From an uncultured Holophagales bacterium (GTDB lineage: Bacteria; Acidobacteriota; Thermoanaerobaculia; Multivoradales; UBA5704), in the NCBI GenBank assembly GCA_963842525.1, contig CAWJGT010000003.1, positions 1,056,001 through 1,120,000 on the forward strand: a stretch of 64,000 nucleotides of DNA, given 5' to 3'. Below the pieces are notes generated by a model. That model searched no databases. It was not told the origin of the DNA and saw only the letters and a program-made list of their open reading frames with translations. Shown in pieces: positions 22,279 to 31,986 of this stretch; position 1 is the first letter of the stretch; each line of letters begins with the position of its first letter. A program made the position numbers and the translations under genes.

Positions 22279-22504
22279 GATAAGGGAGGGCGAGGATGAG
22301 GAGAAAACCGATGCTAGACTCCGTTCGCAAGCACGTCGCCGTTCCCTACATTCCGGGGAGGGTATTGCTATCCGCCGCCACGATCGCCAGCTTTGGTTGG
22401 CTGCTGGCGCACGACATGATTCATCCTCTCGTGATCTACGCGCTGCAGCTCTTCCTGGTCTTCTGAGCGACCCGAACCACTGCGCGCGTGGACCGAAAGG
22501 ACCA

Positions 22505-22939
22505 ATGGCTGGTGATGCCGTGCTGAGGGAGGTCACACTGGCGCTCCCGATGGTGGCCGACATGGAGATCGAGGCCAGTAAGACTGCGACCGCGATCGCC
22601 GAGTCGATGAGGATGAGTCCGGATAGAATTGACGAGGTCCGGATGGCGGTGGTGGAGGCATGCATCAACGCGCTCGAGCACAGCCACTCCTCCGATCCGG
22701 AGGTTTTCGTGACTTTCGAGGTCCTGGGCGAGAAGGACCCGGAGAAGCTGCGCATCACGGTGCGGGACAACGGCGTCGGCTTCGCCATGGATGCCGTGGA
22801 GGAGCCGGCGATCGGTGCCAAGTCAAAGGCGCCGCGCAAGCGGGGATGGGGCTTGAAGATCATCCGTGGGCTCATGGACGAGGTGGAGATCCGCTCCGGC
22901 TCCGAAGGTACGACCGTGGTGATGAGCAAGTTGCGCTGA
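22505..22939 (+). CDS. RsbW-like anti-sigma factor / Ser kinase (HATPase)
   Basis: AVVEACINALEH, VRDNGVGF and RGWGLKIIRGLMDEV. Confidence 0.9.
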   Translation: MAGDAVLREVTLALPMVADMEIEASKTATAIAESMRMSPDRIDEVRMAVVEACINALEHSHSSDPEVFVTFEVLGEKDPEKLRITVRDNGVGFAMDAVEEPAIGAKSKAPRKRGWGLKIIRGLMDEVEIRSGSEGTTVVMSKLR

Positions 22940-22957
22940 AAGCGGGGGCGAGCTGAG

Positions 22958-23308
22958 ATGACCGAGAGCCTGAACGTGACCGTGGACCGCCGCGACGGCC
23001 TGGCGGTCATCTACACGGAGGGGTATATCAACAACCAGGGCGGGGAGGAGATCGCCCGGGCGGCCTACAAGCTCGTCGACGAGGGCTACAAGACGCTCCT
23101 GCTCAACCTCGGGGGCACCAAGATCGTCAACTCCATCGGCATCTCGATCCTCATCGAGATCATCGAGAAGATGCTGGAGATCGAGGGACGCCTGGGCTTC
23201 TGCTGCCTGACGCCGACCATCGAGAAGACCTTCCACATCATGGGCCTGGCGCAGTATGCGCCCATCTTCCCTGACGAAGACACCGCCGTCGCCCAGCTCC
23301 GGTCCTGA
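22958..23308 (+). CDS. STAS-domain anti-anti-sigma factor (RsbV-like)
   Basis: IVNSIGISIL with the conserved Ser; STAS length. Confidence 0.9.
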   Translation: MTESLNVTVDRRDGLAVIYTEGYINNQGGEEIARAAYKLVDEGYKTLLLNLGGTKIVNSIGISILIEIIEKMLEIEGRLGFCCLTPTIEKTFHIMGLAQYAPIFPDEDTAVAQLRS

Positions 23309-24923
23309 GGCCGGCGGCGGGCGCGGCGACCGCAGCGACCCCGAAGCGCCCTGGCGCGAGCTGCTGGAGCTCGCCCGCGACGAGTCGGGCGACCGGCTCC
23401 TGATCGAGCGGGCGCTCGACCTCTGGCGGCGGGAGCACCATGCCGAGGCCGCGGCCGTCTACCTGGAGAGGGACGGCGTGCTCGAGCAGGAGGCCGCGGC
23501 CGGCGCCCGTCTCCCCGCGCGGTTCGACGCGGCGGCCCTCGAGCGCGGCGAGCTGTCTCTGGGCAGCCTCGCGCTGTCCGGAGGCTGGCTGCTCTACGCT
23601 CCCGCGGACGCCGTCCCTCCGGACCTCGCCAGAGAGGGTCCCTTTTCCGTGCTCCTCGCGTCGGCCCTCAAGGGGTGCCGCCTCAAGCAGGTCCTGAAGG
23701 AGCAGCAGTTCCAGGTCAACTACCGGGTGGTGGAGCTGGAGGCCCTCTACGACGTCGGCCTCGCGGTGGCCGCCGCGGCGACGCTCGACCTGCAGCGGCT
23801 CTCGGAGGAGATCCTGCTCCACGCCGTCTCGCTGCTCGATGCCCGGCGCGGCGCGCTCTACATCCTGGAGGACGGGCGCTACCGCCTCGACCGGACCCTG
23901 GGCGGCGAGGCCGGCCTCTGGTTCGCGTCCGACGACCCCTCGCTGGCGGCGTTCCTCGCCGGCGGCTCCGCGCCCCCGGCCGACCTCCTCCCCGGTGCGC
24001 GGTTCCTGCTGGGCGTCTCGATCGAGCTCGAGAAGAACCGGCGCGGCATGCTGGTCGTGGGCGACAAGGAGAGCCGCCGCGGCGTCGGCCCCTTCCCGCC
24101 CGGCGATCTGCGGACCCTGGGCCTGTTCGCCAACCAGGCGGCCATCGCCCTGGAGAACGTGCGCCTCCACCTGCGCGCCCTCGAGCAGGAGCGCCTGGAG
24201 CGCGAGATGCACGTCGCGGCCGAGATCCAGCGCCAGATCCTGCCCAAGGGCGCGCCCCAGGTGCCCGGCTTCCAGCTTATCGGCTGGAACCGGCCGGCCC
24301 GCGAGGTGGGCGGCGACTACTACGACATGTTCCCGACCCGGGACGGCCGCATGGGCCTGCTGGTCGGAGACGTCTCGGGCAAGGGCATCCCGGCCGCCCT
24401 GATGGTCTCGATCCTGCACTCGGCCCTGCGGCTGCTGGTGGAGCAGATCGGCGCCGGCGCCGGGCTGCTGGCCCGCCTGAACCGGCACATCCAGGAGTCG
24501 AGCACCCCGAACAAGTTCATCACCATGCTCCTCGGCGAGCTCGACCCCGGGACCGGCCGCCTCCGCTACGTCAACGCCGGTCACAACCCCGGGCTGCTCC
24601 TGCGCCGCGACGGCCGGGTGGAGGAGCTGGGTGCGACCGGCGTGCCGCTCGGCCTCCTGACCGGCAGCCGTTATACGGAACGCGAGGTCACGGTCGAGCC
24701 CGGAGACCTCCTCTGCGTCTACAGCGACGGCATCACCGAGGCCGAGTCGGTCACGGACGACGAATTTGGCACCGAGCGCCTCATCGAGCTGCTGCGCGCC
24801 CACCACGACGACGCTCCCCTCGACGAGCTCCTGGAGTCGATCCAGAGTGCGGTCGGCGACTTCAGCCAGGGCCGGCCGCAGTACGACGACCAGACGCTGT
24901 TGCTGCTGCGGCGGCTGGGGTGA
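23256..24923 (+). CDS. GAF + SpoIIE/PP2C phosphatase (RsbU-like); start uncertain
   Basis: VGGDYYD, GDVSGKG, VNAGHNP, YSDGITEA and DDQT. Confidence 0.9.
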   Translation: MRPSSLTKTPPSPSSGPEAGGGRGDRSDPEAPWRELLELARDESGDRLLIERALDLWRREHHAEAAAVYLERDGVLEQEAAAGARLPARFDAAALERGELSLGSLALSGGWLLYAPADAVPPDLAREGPFSVLLASALKGCRLKQVLKEQQFQVNYRVVELEALYDVGLAVAAAATLDLQRLSEEILLHAVSLLDARRGALYILEDGRYRLDRTLGGEAGLWFASDDPSLAAFLAGGSAPPADLLPGARFLLGVSIELEKNRRGMLVVGDKESRRGVGPFPPGDLRTLGLFANQAAIALENVRLHLRALEQERLEREMHVAAEIQRQILPKGAPQVPGFQLIGWNRPAREVGGDYYDMFPTRDGRMGLLVGDVSGKGIPAALMVSILHSALRLLVEQIGAGAGLLARLNRHIQESSTPNKFITMLLGELDPGTGRLRYVNAGHNPGLLLRRDGRVEELGATGVPLGLLTGSRYTEREVTVEPGDLLCVYSDGITEAESVTDDEFGTERLIELLRAHHDDAPLDELLESIQSAVGDFSQGRPQYDDQTLLLLRRLG

Positions 24924-24987
24924 CTGCCAGGGAACTGCCCCTCCTGCCCAGCCTGGGGTTTCAACCCCAGGCATGTACAATCCCCGC

Positions 24988-26031
24988 ATGAACCGTCGGA
25001 CCCTGCTCCCTGCTTTCCTGCTGCTCTCCGTCTCCCTGGCCGCCGCGGCCCAGCCCCCCTTGGACGACGGCCGGGCCCATGTGGTCCTGCGCCGCGCCGA
25101 AGCGCCCGCGGCTCCAGATACTCCGAAGTGGTCTCTCGCCATCCATGGCGGCGCGGGGACGATCCCGAAGAGCCTGCCCGAGGCCGAGAAGCAGCAGTAC
25201 CTCGCCTCGCTCGAAAAGGCGCTCGCGATCGGCCGCGACGCGCTGGCCGGAGGCGGGACCAGCCTCGACGCGGTCGAGAAGGTCGTCCGTTTCCTGGAGG
25301 ACGATCCGCTCTTCAACGCCGCCAAGGGAGCGGTCTTCACCCACGACGGGACCAACGAGCTGGACGCCGCGATCATGGACGGCCGCGATCTCTCGGCCGG
25401 CGCGGTCGCGGGTTTGAAGACGGTCAAGAACCCCGTCTCGCTCGCCCGGCTGGTCATGGAGCGCTCCCCCCACGTCTTCCTGGTAGGGGAGGGGGCCGAG
25501 GCCTTCGCCGCCGAGATGAAGGTCGAGCGGGTCGACCCGAAGTACTTCTTCACCCAGCGCCGCTGGGACCAGTTGCAGGCAGCTCTCAAGAAGGAGAAGG
25601 AGGAGGCGGCCGCGGAGGAGAAGCCCAAGGGCACTGTGGGCGCGGTGGCCCTCGACCAGCACGGCAACCTCGCCGCCGCCACCTCGACCGGCGGCATGAC
25701 CAACAAGCGCTTCGGCCGTCTGGGGGACGTGCCGGTGATCGGCGCCGGCACCTATGCGAACAACAAGACCTGCGCCATCTCGGGCACCGGCTGGGGCGAG
25801 AAGTTCATCCGCAACACCGTGGCGCACGATATTTCGGCCTTGATGGAGTACGCCGGGCTGACCCTGCAGCAGGCCGCCGACCGGGTGATCCACCAGAAGC
25901 TCCAGCCGGACGACGGCGGCGTCATCGGCGTCGCCCGCGACGGCTCCATCGCGCTGGCCTTCAATTCGGCGGGGATGTACCGCGGCGCTGCGGATTCGAA
26001 CGGCCGGTTCGAGGTCAGGATCTGGGAATAG
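24988..26031 (+). CDS. iaaA: Isoaspartyl peptidase/L-asparaginase (Ntn hydrolase) with signal peptide
   Basis: AIHGGAG, GTVGAVA (catalytic Thr), ATSTGG and IGAGTYA. Confidence 0.92.
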   Translation: MNRRTLLPAFLLLSVSLAAAAQPPLDDGRAHVVLRRAEAPAAPDTPKWSLAIHGGAGTIPKSLPEAEKQQYLASLEKALAIGRDALAGGGTSLDAVEKVVRFLEDDPLFNAAKGAVFTHDGTNELDAAIMDGRDLSAGAVAGLKTVKNPVSLARLVMERSPHVFLVGEGAEAFAAEMKVERVDPKYFFTQRRWDQLQAALKKEKEEAAAEEKPKGTVGAVALDQHGNLAAATSTGGMTNKRFGRLGDVPVIGAGTYANNKTCAISGTGWGEKFIRNTVAHDISALMEYAGLTLQQAADRVIHQKLQPDDGGVIGVARDGSIALAFNSAGMYRGAADSNGRFEVRIWE

Positions 26032-27386
26032 GGGCCGGGCGCAGGCCGCGGACCTCCGCGAAGGCGAGCCCCGGCGAGGTGGTGGCGCCGAACAGCGGAT
26101 CGCCGGTGGGGATCGACACGGCTTCCCGGCCCACGCCCAGGAGCCGCGCGAGGAGGGCCTGGAGATCGTCCTCCCAGACGAGGTCGGGGAGCGCCGCGCC
26201 GAGCGCCCCGTCCGCGAGGCGCCGGACCCCGCGCGCCACGGCGCGGAAGCGCAGCGTGCCGGGGTCGAAGCCTTCGAGCGCGTCGAGGGCCCCGACCCAC
26301 AGGCCGCCGTCGGCCCGGCCGAGCAGCTCGGTATCTGGGATCCCCAGGTCGCCGGGCAGGACGAAGAGGTGGCTTGCCCGGGCCTCGTCCGGCGCCACCA
26401 GGTGCGGCGTGGCCGGCCGGTCGATCCGTGCGGCGAGCCGATCGTCCACGGCCGGGGTGAGCAGCACGCCGCGGTCCACCAGGTCCACGGGGCGCCGGGC
26501 CGAGCCGAGGAGGTCGAAGGAGAGGGGGACACCCCGCGGATCGGTGCCGTCGTCGCGCAGGCTGAAGGCCGGATGGAACACCGGCGCGCCAAGCTGGTCG
26601 CGCAGGGCGCCGTCGGCAAAGGAGGTGGAGGTGAGGGCCAGGCGGTTCAACAGCTCGATCAGCCGGCCGGACGGCCTCGGGAGAGAGGACGACGGGCACG
26701 GGCCCCTGCGGCGCCTCGGCAGGCTCGGTTGCTTCGTCAGGCGCCTGGTGGCTGCGTGCCCGCGCGAAGACGGCCGTCGCGTCGAGGCGGTCGAGCGAGC
26801 GCGCCACCGCTTCGGCTTGCCCGGCGCCGGGGGTCCGCGAGCAGATCACCGAGATCCAGGCCGACGTCAACACGGCGGTCCGCCGCAGGCCGCGGCTGTT
26901 GGCGACCACGAGAGACCCGTCCGCCCATCCGAGCTGCGCCTGCTCGCTCCGCTCGGCCAGGCGCTGGAGGATCTCCCGGGCCCGCGCGGCGGTCATGCGG
27001 GCAAGCTCCGGATCGGCGAGAGTCTCCCCCGAGGCTTGCGGCGGCAGCGGGTCGGAGGCCCCTGGCGGGAGGAGGGGAGGCGGCGACGGAGCGGTGAGGC
27101 GGGCCTGCGCCAGGGCCTCGCGGATCGCCCTGCCGAGGTCTGCGGGCTCCGCCGAGCCGGCGCGGTGGAGGCCGGTCCGGCCGGACTCCCGCACCCGGAC
27201 CAGCAGCGTCCGCTCCTGCAGGTCGAGGCTGTCCGGCCGGCCCCTGCCGTGGCTCTCCTGGGCCCGGCGGGCGTCCAGCCAGACGATGTCGGTCTCGTCT
27301 GCCGGCGAGTCGGCCAGGGCCCGCTCCAGGCGCGCGACCATCTCCTCGATCGAGGGGGATGAAGCAGAGGGGCGAGACGGCGGCAT
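26015..27386 (-). CDS. TldD/PmbA-family protein (frameshift near 26669)
   Basis: VANSRG, PVVLSPEA, LRDDGT...FDLLG and LVDRGVL patterns. Confidence 0.7.
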
Positions 27387-27474
27387 GACGCCGCAGTCTA
27401 GCAGCAGGAGAATGGCTTGGACTTTGCACCCCTAGGCATCGGGACCCGGGGGCTTATATATAGGATGATATGAA

Positions 27475-29155
27475 ATGAAGCCCAGGATTCCGACGTTTTC
27501 GCTGTTTGCGATGTTGATCCTCTCCGTGGTCCCACCCTCCTTTGCAGAGGACAGTGCCGACCTCATCCTGGAACACGGAGTCTTCTATCCGGTCCAGCCG
27601 CCGGGCCGGGTCGAGGGCAGCCTCGCGGTGCGGGGCGGGCGCATCGTCTATCTCGGGCCGGACGCCGGAGCCGCGCCGCTGCGCGGCCCGAAGACCCGGG
27701 TGGTGGACCTCGCCGGCCGTACCGTCACCCCGGGGCTGATCGACGCCCACTCCCACCTGCTCGGCCTGGGTGAGGCCCTGTCCCAGGTCAACCTGGTCGG
27801 CGCGGCCACCTTCGACGAGATCGTCCGCCGGGTGCGCGAGGCGGCCGGCCGGGCGCCCGCGGGCACCTGGGTCAACGGCCAGGGCTGGGACCAGAACCTC
27901 TGGCCGGACAAGCAGTTCCCCCACCACGCCGCCCTCTCGGCGGCAGTGCCCGATCATCCGGTCTGGCTCAGCCGGATCGACGGCCATGCGGCCCTGGTCA
28001 ACGCCCAGGCCATGAAGGCCCTGGGGATCGATGAGGCGGTCAAGGACCCCGTCGGGCGGCCGCTACCTGCGCGACGCCGCGGGGAAGCTCACGGGCGTGA
28101 TGATCGACAATGCCATGGGGGACGCCGCCGACCGGCTGCCCGACGTGTCCCAGGCCGAGCGGGAGAGATGGCTGCTCGACGCGGGCCGCCACTGCCTGGC
28201 GGTCGGCCTGACCACGGTCACCGACATGGGGATCGAGGAGGCGGACTACCAGGCCTATGCGGCCCTGCGCCGCTCGAACCGGCTGCCCCTGCGCGCGGCC
28301 CTCTTCCTGACCGACGACGAGGCGGTGCTTGTCCCCTGGTTCAAGCGCGGCCCGGAGATCGATCCCGAGGCGCGGCTCCAGGTCCGCGGCGTGAAGCTCT
28401 ACGCCGACGGCGCCCTGGGGAGCCGCGGCGCGGCGCTCCTCGAGCCCTATAGCGACGACGGCGGGAACTTCGGCCTCCTGACCTCCACTGGAACGCACAT
28501 GGAGGACGTCGCCAAGCGCGCGGCCCAGGCGGGCTTCCAGGTCGGCATCCACGCCATCGGCGACCGCGGCGCCCTGGTGGCGATCGACGCCATGGAGAAC
28601 GCCCTCGGCGGCGCCAGGCCCGAAGCGCGGTTCCGGCTGGAGCACACCCAGGTGGTCCGCGTCCAGGACCTGGAGCGGATGGCGCGGCTGGGCATCATCG
28701 CCTCCATGCAGCCCACGCACGCCACCTCGGACATGCCCTGGGCGGGAGACCGCGTGGGAGAGCGCCGGCTGGAGCGCGCCTACGCCTGGCGCAAGGTCCT
28801 CGACGACCGCGGACGGCTCGCCCTGGGGAGCGACTTCCCCGTGGAGTCGGCCGACCCGCGGCTCGGCCTCTATGCCGCCGTGACCCGGCAGGACCTCCAG
28901 GGACGTCCGGAGGGCGGCTGGCTCCCGGGCGAGCGGCTGACCCGCGAGGAGGCCCTCCGCGGCTTCACTCTCGACGCCGCCTGGTCGGTCTTCCTGGACA
29001 AGGAGGTCGGCTCCCTGGAAAAGGGCAAGCGGGCCGACTTGGTCGTCTTCGCGCGCGACATCATGGCCGTCCCCGCGGCGGAGATCCCCAAGGTGGAGGT
29101 CGACATGACCGTGGTGGACGGCGCTATCGTCTACGAGAGGGGAAGCCGACGGTGA
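27475..29155 (+). CDS. YtcJ-like amidohydrolase with signal peptide (frameshift in C run near 28047-28050)
   Basis: PGLIDAHSH, KLYADGALGSRGA, HAIGDR, RLEH, MQPTHA and GSDFPVE. Confidence 0.9.
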
Positions 29156-29874
29156 GAAGGATCCGCCCGCTGGCTGCGGGGCTCGCGTTGCTCCTGAGCG
29201 TTGCCGCTCCGGTCCTGGACCGGCCGGCCGCCGCGGAGGACTTGTACGCGCTCCAGCGGAAGACCATGGTGGCGGACATCCGCCAGCGCGGCATCACCCA
29301 GCAGGAGGTGCTGGCCGCCATGCAGCAGGTCCCTCGCCACCTCTTCGTCCCGGACTCGGTGCGCGAGCATGCGTACCAGGACCAGCCGCTGCAGCTCGGC
29401 AACGGGCGGTCGATCTACCAGCCCTATGTCGTGGCTCTCATGACCTCGTTGCTCAACCTCAAGAAAGGCGACAAGGTCCTGGAGGTGGGCACCGGCACCG
29501 GCTATCACGCGGCCGTCCTGTCGCGCATCGCGCGCGAGGTCTACTCCATGGAGATTGTCCCGCCGGTGGCGAGCCAGGCGAGGCAGCGGCTGTCTGCCCT
29601 GGGCTACCACAACGTCGAGGTCCGGGCCGGCAACGGCTACCTCGGAATGCCGGACAAGGCGCCTTTCGACGCCATCCTCCTCTCGGCCGCGCCGACCCAG
29701 ATCCCCAAGGCGTTGCTCGACCAGCTCCGGGTCGGCGGCAAGATGGTGGCGCCGGTGGGCGGCTTTTTCCAGGACCTGCAGGTGATCACCAAGACGGCGG
29801 ACGGCCTCGAGAAGCGCACCATGATCCCGGTCCGCCTGTCGCCGATGACCGGCAAGGAGCGCGATGCGCACTGA
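29152..29874 (+). CDS. pcm: Protein-L-isoaspartate O-methyltransferase, copy 1, with signal-like N-terminus
   Basis: VPRHLFVP, QPYVVALM, VLEVGTGTGY and APFDAI. Confidence 0.9.
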   Translation: MRRIRPLAAGLALLLSVAAPVLDRPAAAEDLYALQRKTMVADIRQRGITQQEVLAAMQQVPRHLFVPDSVREHAYQDQPLQLGNGRSIYQPYVVALMTSLLNLKKGDKVLEVGTGTGYHAAVLSRIAREVYSMEIVPPVASQARQRLSALGYHNVEVRAGNGYLGMPDKAPFDAILLSAAPTQIPKALLDQLRVGGKMVAPVGGFFQDLQVITKTADGLEKRTMIPVRLSPMTGKERDAH

Positions 29875-29878
29875 GGCC

Positions 29879-30006
29879 CCTCACCCCCGGCCCCTCTCCC
29901 ATCGCCCCCCCTTCCTCCGGGAGAGGGGAGAAAGGCATCTCTGGTTTTCTTTCCCCCTCTCCCGGTTGGTGGGGGGCGATGGGAGAGGGGGGCCAGGGGG
30001 GTGAGG
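29879..30006. repeat. Inverted pair of REP-like repeats filling the pcm-pcm spacer
   Basis: CCTCACCCCC..CCCCTCTCCC ... GGGAGAGGGG..GGGGGTGAGG. Confidence 0.85.
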
Positions 30007-30714
30007 CGTCTGCCGGCCCTGGCGGTGCTCGCCGTCGCCGCCTTCGCGTGCCTCGGAGCAAGCGGGGCCGACCCCTACATCGAAGCTCGCCGGCGGATGG
30101 TCGAGGAGCAGATCCGCCAGCGCGACATCTCGCAGCCCGGCGTGCTCGCCGCACTGACGCGGGTGGAGCGCCATCGCTTCGTCCCCGCATCCGAGCGCCC
30201 GTCCGCCTATGCCGACAGGCCTCTCCCGATCGGCCACAGGCAGACGATCTCGCAACCCTATATCGTGGCGCTCATGACCCAGCTCCTGGGCGTCGGGCCG
30301 GGCGACAAGGTGCTGGAGATCGGCACGGGCTCGGGCTATCAGGCGGCGGTGCTGGCGGAGATCGTCGGCCAGGTCTACACGATCGAGATCATCGAGCCGC
30401 TCGGCCTCCAGGCGGCGGGCACCCTGCAGCGCCTCGGCTACCGCAACGTCCAGGTGCGCATCGGCGACGGCTACAAGGGGTGGCCCGAGAAGGGCCCCTT
30501 CGACGGCATCCTGGTGACCGCCGCCCCGCCGCAGGTCCCCCGGCCCCTCCTCGACCAGGTCAAGGTCGGCGGCCGGATCGTGCTGCCGGTCGGCCAGGGC
30601 TGGCAGGATCTGCGTGTCATGACCAAGCTCGCCGACGGCAGCTTCGAGACGCGCAGCGTCGCCCCGGTCCGCTTCGTCCCCATGACCGGCCAGGCCCAGC
30701 AGGTGCCGCGTTGA
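30001..30714 (+). CDS. pcm: Protein-L-isoaspartate O-methyltransferase, copy 2, with signal-like N-terminus
   Basis: QTISQPYIVALM, VLEIGTGSGYQAA, GPFDGI and VRFVPMTG. Confidence 0.93.
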   Translation: MRRLPALAVLAVAAFACLGASGADPYIEARRRMVEEQIRQRDISQPGVLAALTRVERHRFVPASERPSAYADRPLPIGHRQTISQPYIVALMTQLLGVGPGDKVLEIGTGSGYQAAVLAEIVGQVYTIEIIEPLGLQAAGTLQRLGYRNVQVRIGDGYKGWPEKGPFDGILVTAAPPQVPRPLLDQVKVGGRIVLPVGQGWQDLRVMTKLADGSFETRSVAPVRFVPMTGQAQQVPR

Positions 30715-30833
30715 TCCCCAGCCTGTAACTTTTCTCGTCCTCCTGCGCCTTCAAGAGGGGGATGCGGCTCGGGCAAGGTATAGTGATCCGCGTATGGAAG
30801 CTGCGTCCACATCTTTCGAAGAGGAGGATCGAC

Positions 30834-31964
30834 ATGAACAGACTCGGCAGGTTGATGGGCGTAGGGCGGTCCGAGATGTCGCGGGCTGGGCGCCTCTTGA
30901 CGATCGTGATGTTGGCCGGAGCCGCCCTGGTGGCGTTGCCGGGCGCCGGGCAGGCCCAGCCGTTCGGGGCCTGGCTGATCTCCTCCCCGGGATACCCCAC
31001 CTCCAGCGGCTGGGTCGAGATTCCCCACAATGCAGCCCTCAACCCGACAGGCGCCTTCACCTTCGAGGCCTGGGTGGCGATCACCAACAACGTGGCGGGC
31101 GAGGACTGCCGGAGCATCGCGGGCAAGAACTACCTGCAGGCCTGGTGGCTGGGCCTCTGCAATGTCGGCGGCCAGCCGACCCTGCGGACCTACCTGAAGG
31201 GCGGGAGCTCCCTCAGGAACGGCGGCAGGATCACTCGCAACGAATGGACCCACATCGCGGTGGTCTTCAACGGCGCGCAACGCCTTCACTACATCAACGG
31301 CGAGCTCGCGGCGACGTTTGCCGAAGCCGGCCCGCTGACCACCAGCACCGACCCCATGCGCATCGGCAGCGACGAGTCGTGGGAGCGCTCGCCCACGGGC
31401 AGCATCGACGAGGTTCGCCTCTGGAACGTGGCGCGCACCCTGGCCCAGATCCGCGCCAGCATCAACAAGCGGATCAACACCGCCCAGCCCGGCCTGGTCG
31501 CCGTCTGGTCGTTGGATGGCAACGGCAACGACGTCATCGGCCCCCGCGACGGAGCAGCCCAGGGGACCGGGGTGTCGTTCTTGACCTCCCCCGTGGCGTT
31601 CTCCTGCGGCGCGAACACCGCGACCGCCCTCTGCCTCCAGGACCGCTACAGCATCAGGACCCAATGGCGGACCTCCCCGACTCCGGGGACCTCGGATGGC
31701 GACGGCCAGACGGTCCCCGTGGTCAACATCGGCTCCGGCCTCTTCTGGTTCTTCAGCTCGACCAACTGGGAGGTCATGGTCAAGGTGATCAACGGCTGTG
31801 GTCTCAACAACCGGTACTGGGTCTTCTCGGCCGCCACCACCAACGTCTTCTACCGGGTGGAGGTCACGGACGTCCGCTCCGGAACGAACAAGATCTACTT
31901 CAACTACCCCGGACCGCCGGCGCCGGCTGTGACCGACACCGACGCCTTCGCGACCTGCCCCTGA
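30834..31964 (+). CDS. Secreted LamG-domain protein with C-terminal ALCL...FWFFS...NWEVMVK domain
   Basis: FTFEAWV, WTHIAVV, YINGE and GSIDEVRLWNVAR; RBS GAGGAGG. Confidence 0.85.
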   Translation: MNRLGRLMGVGRSEMSRAGRLLTIVMLAGAALVALPGAGQAQPFGAWLISSPGYPTSSGWVEIPHNAALNPTGAFTFEAWVAITNNVAGEDCRSIAGKNYLQAWWLGLCNVGGQPTLRTYLKGGSSLRNGGRITRNEWTHIAVVFNGAQRLHYINGELAATFAEAGPLTTSTDPMRIGSDESWERSPTGSIDEVRLWNVARTLAQIRASINKRINTAQPGLVAVWSLDGNGNDVIGPRDGAAQGTGVSFLTSPVAFSCGANTATALCLQDRYSIRTQWRTSPTPGTSDGDGQTVPVVNIGSGLFWFFSSTNWEVMVKVINGCGLNNRYWVFSAATTNVFYRVEVTDVRSGTNKIYFNYPGPPAPAVTDTDAFATCP

Positions 31965-31986
31965 CGCCTGACGCCTGAATGAAATA

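Noticed and set aside
23238-25751. Long antisense ORFs (also 40389-42995, 19705-21711, 55698-57545)
   Set aside because: Shadow frames of well-supported genes in high-GC DNA.
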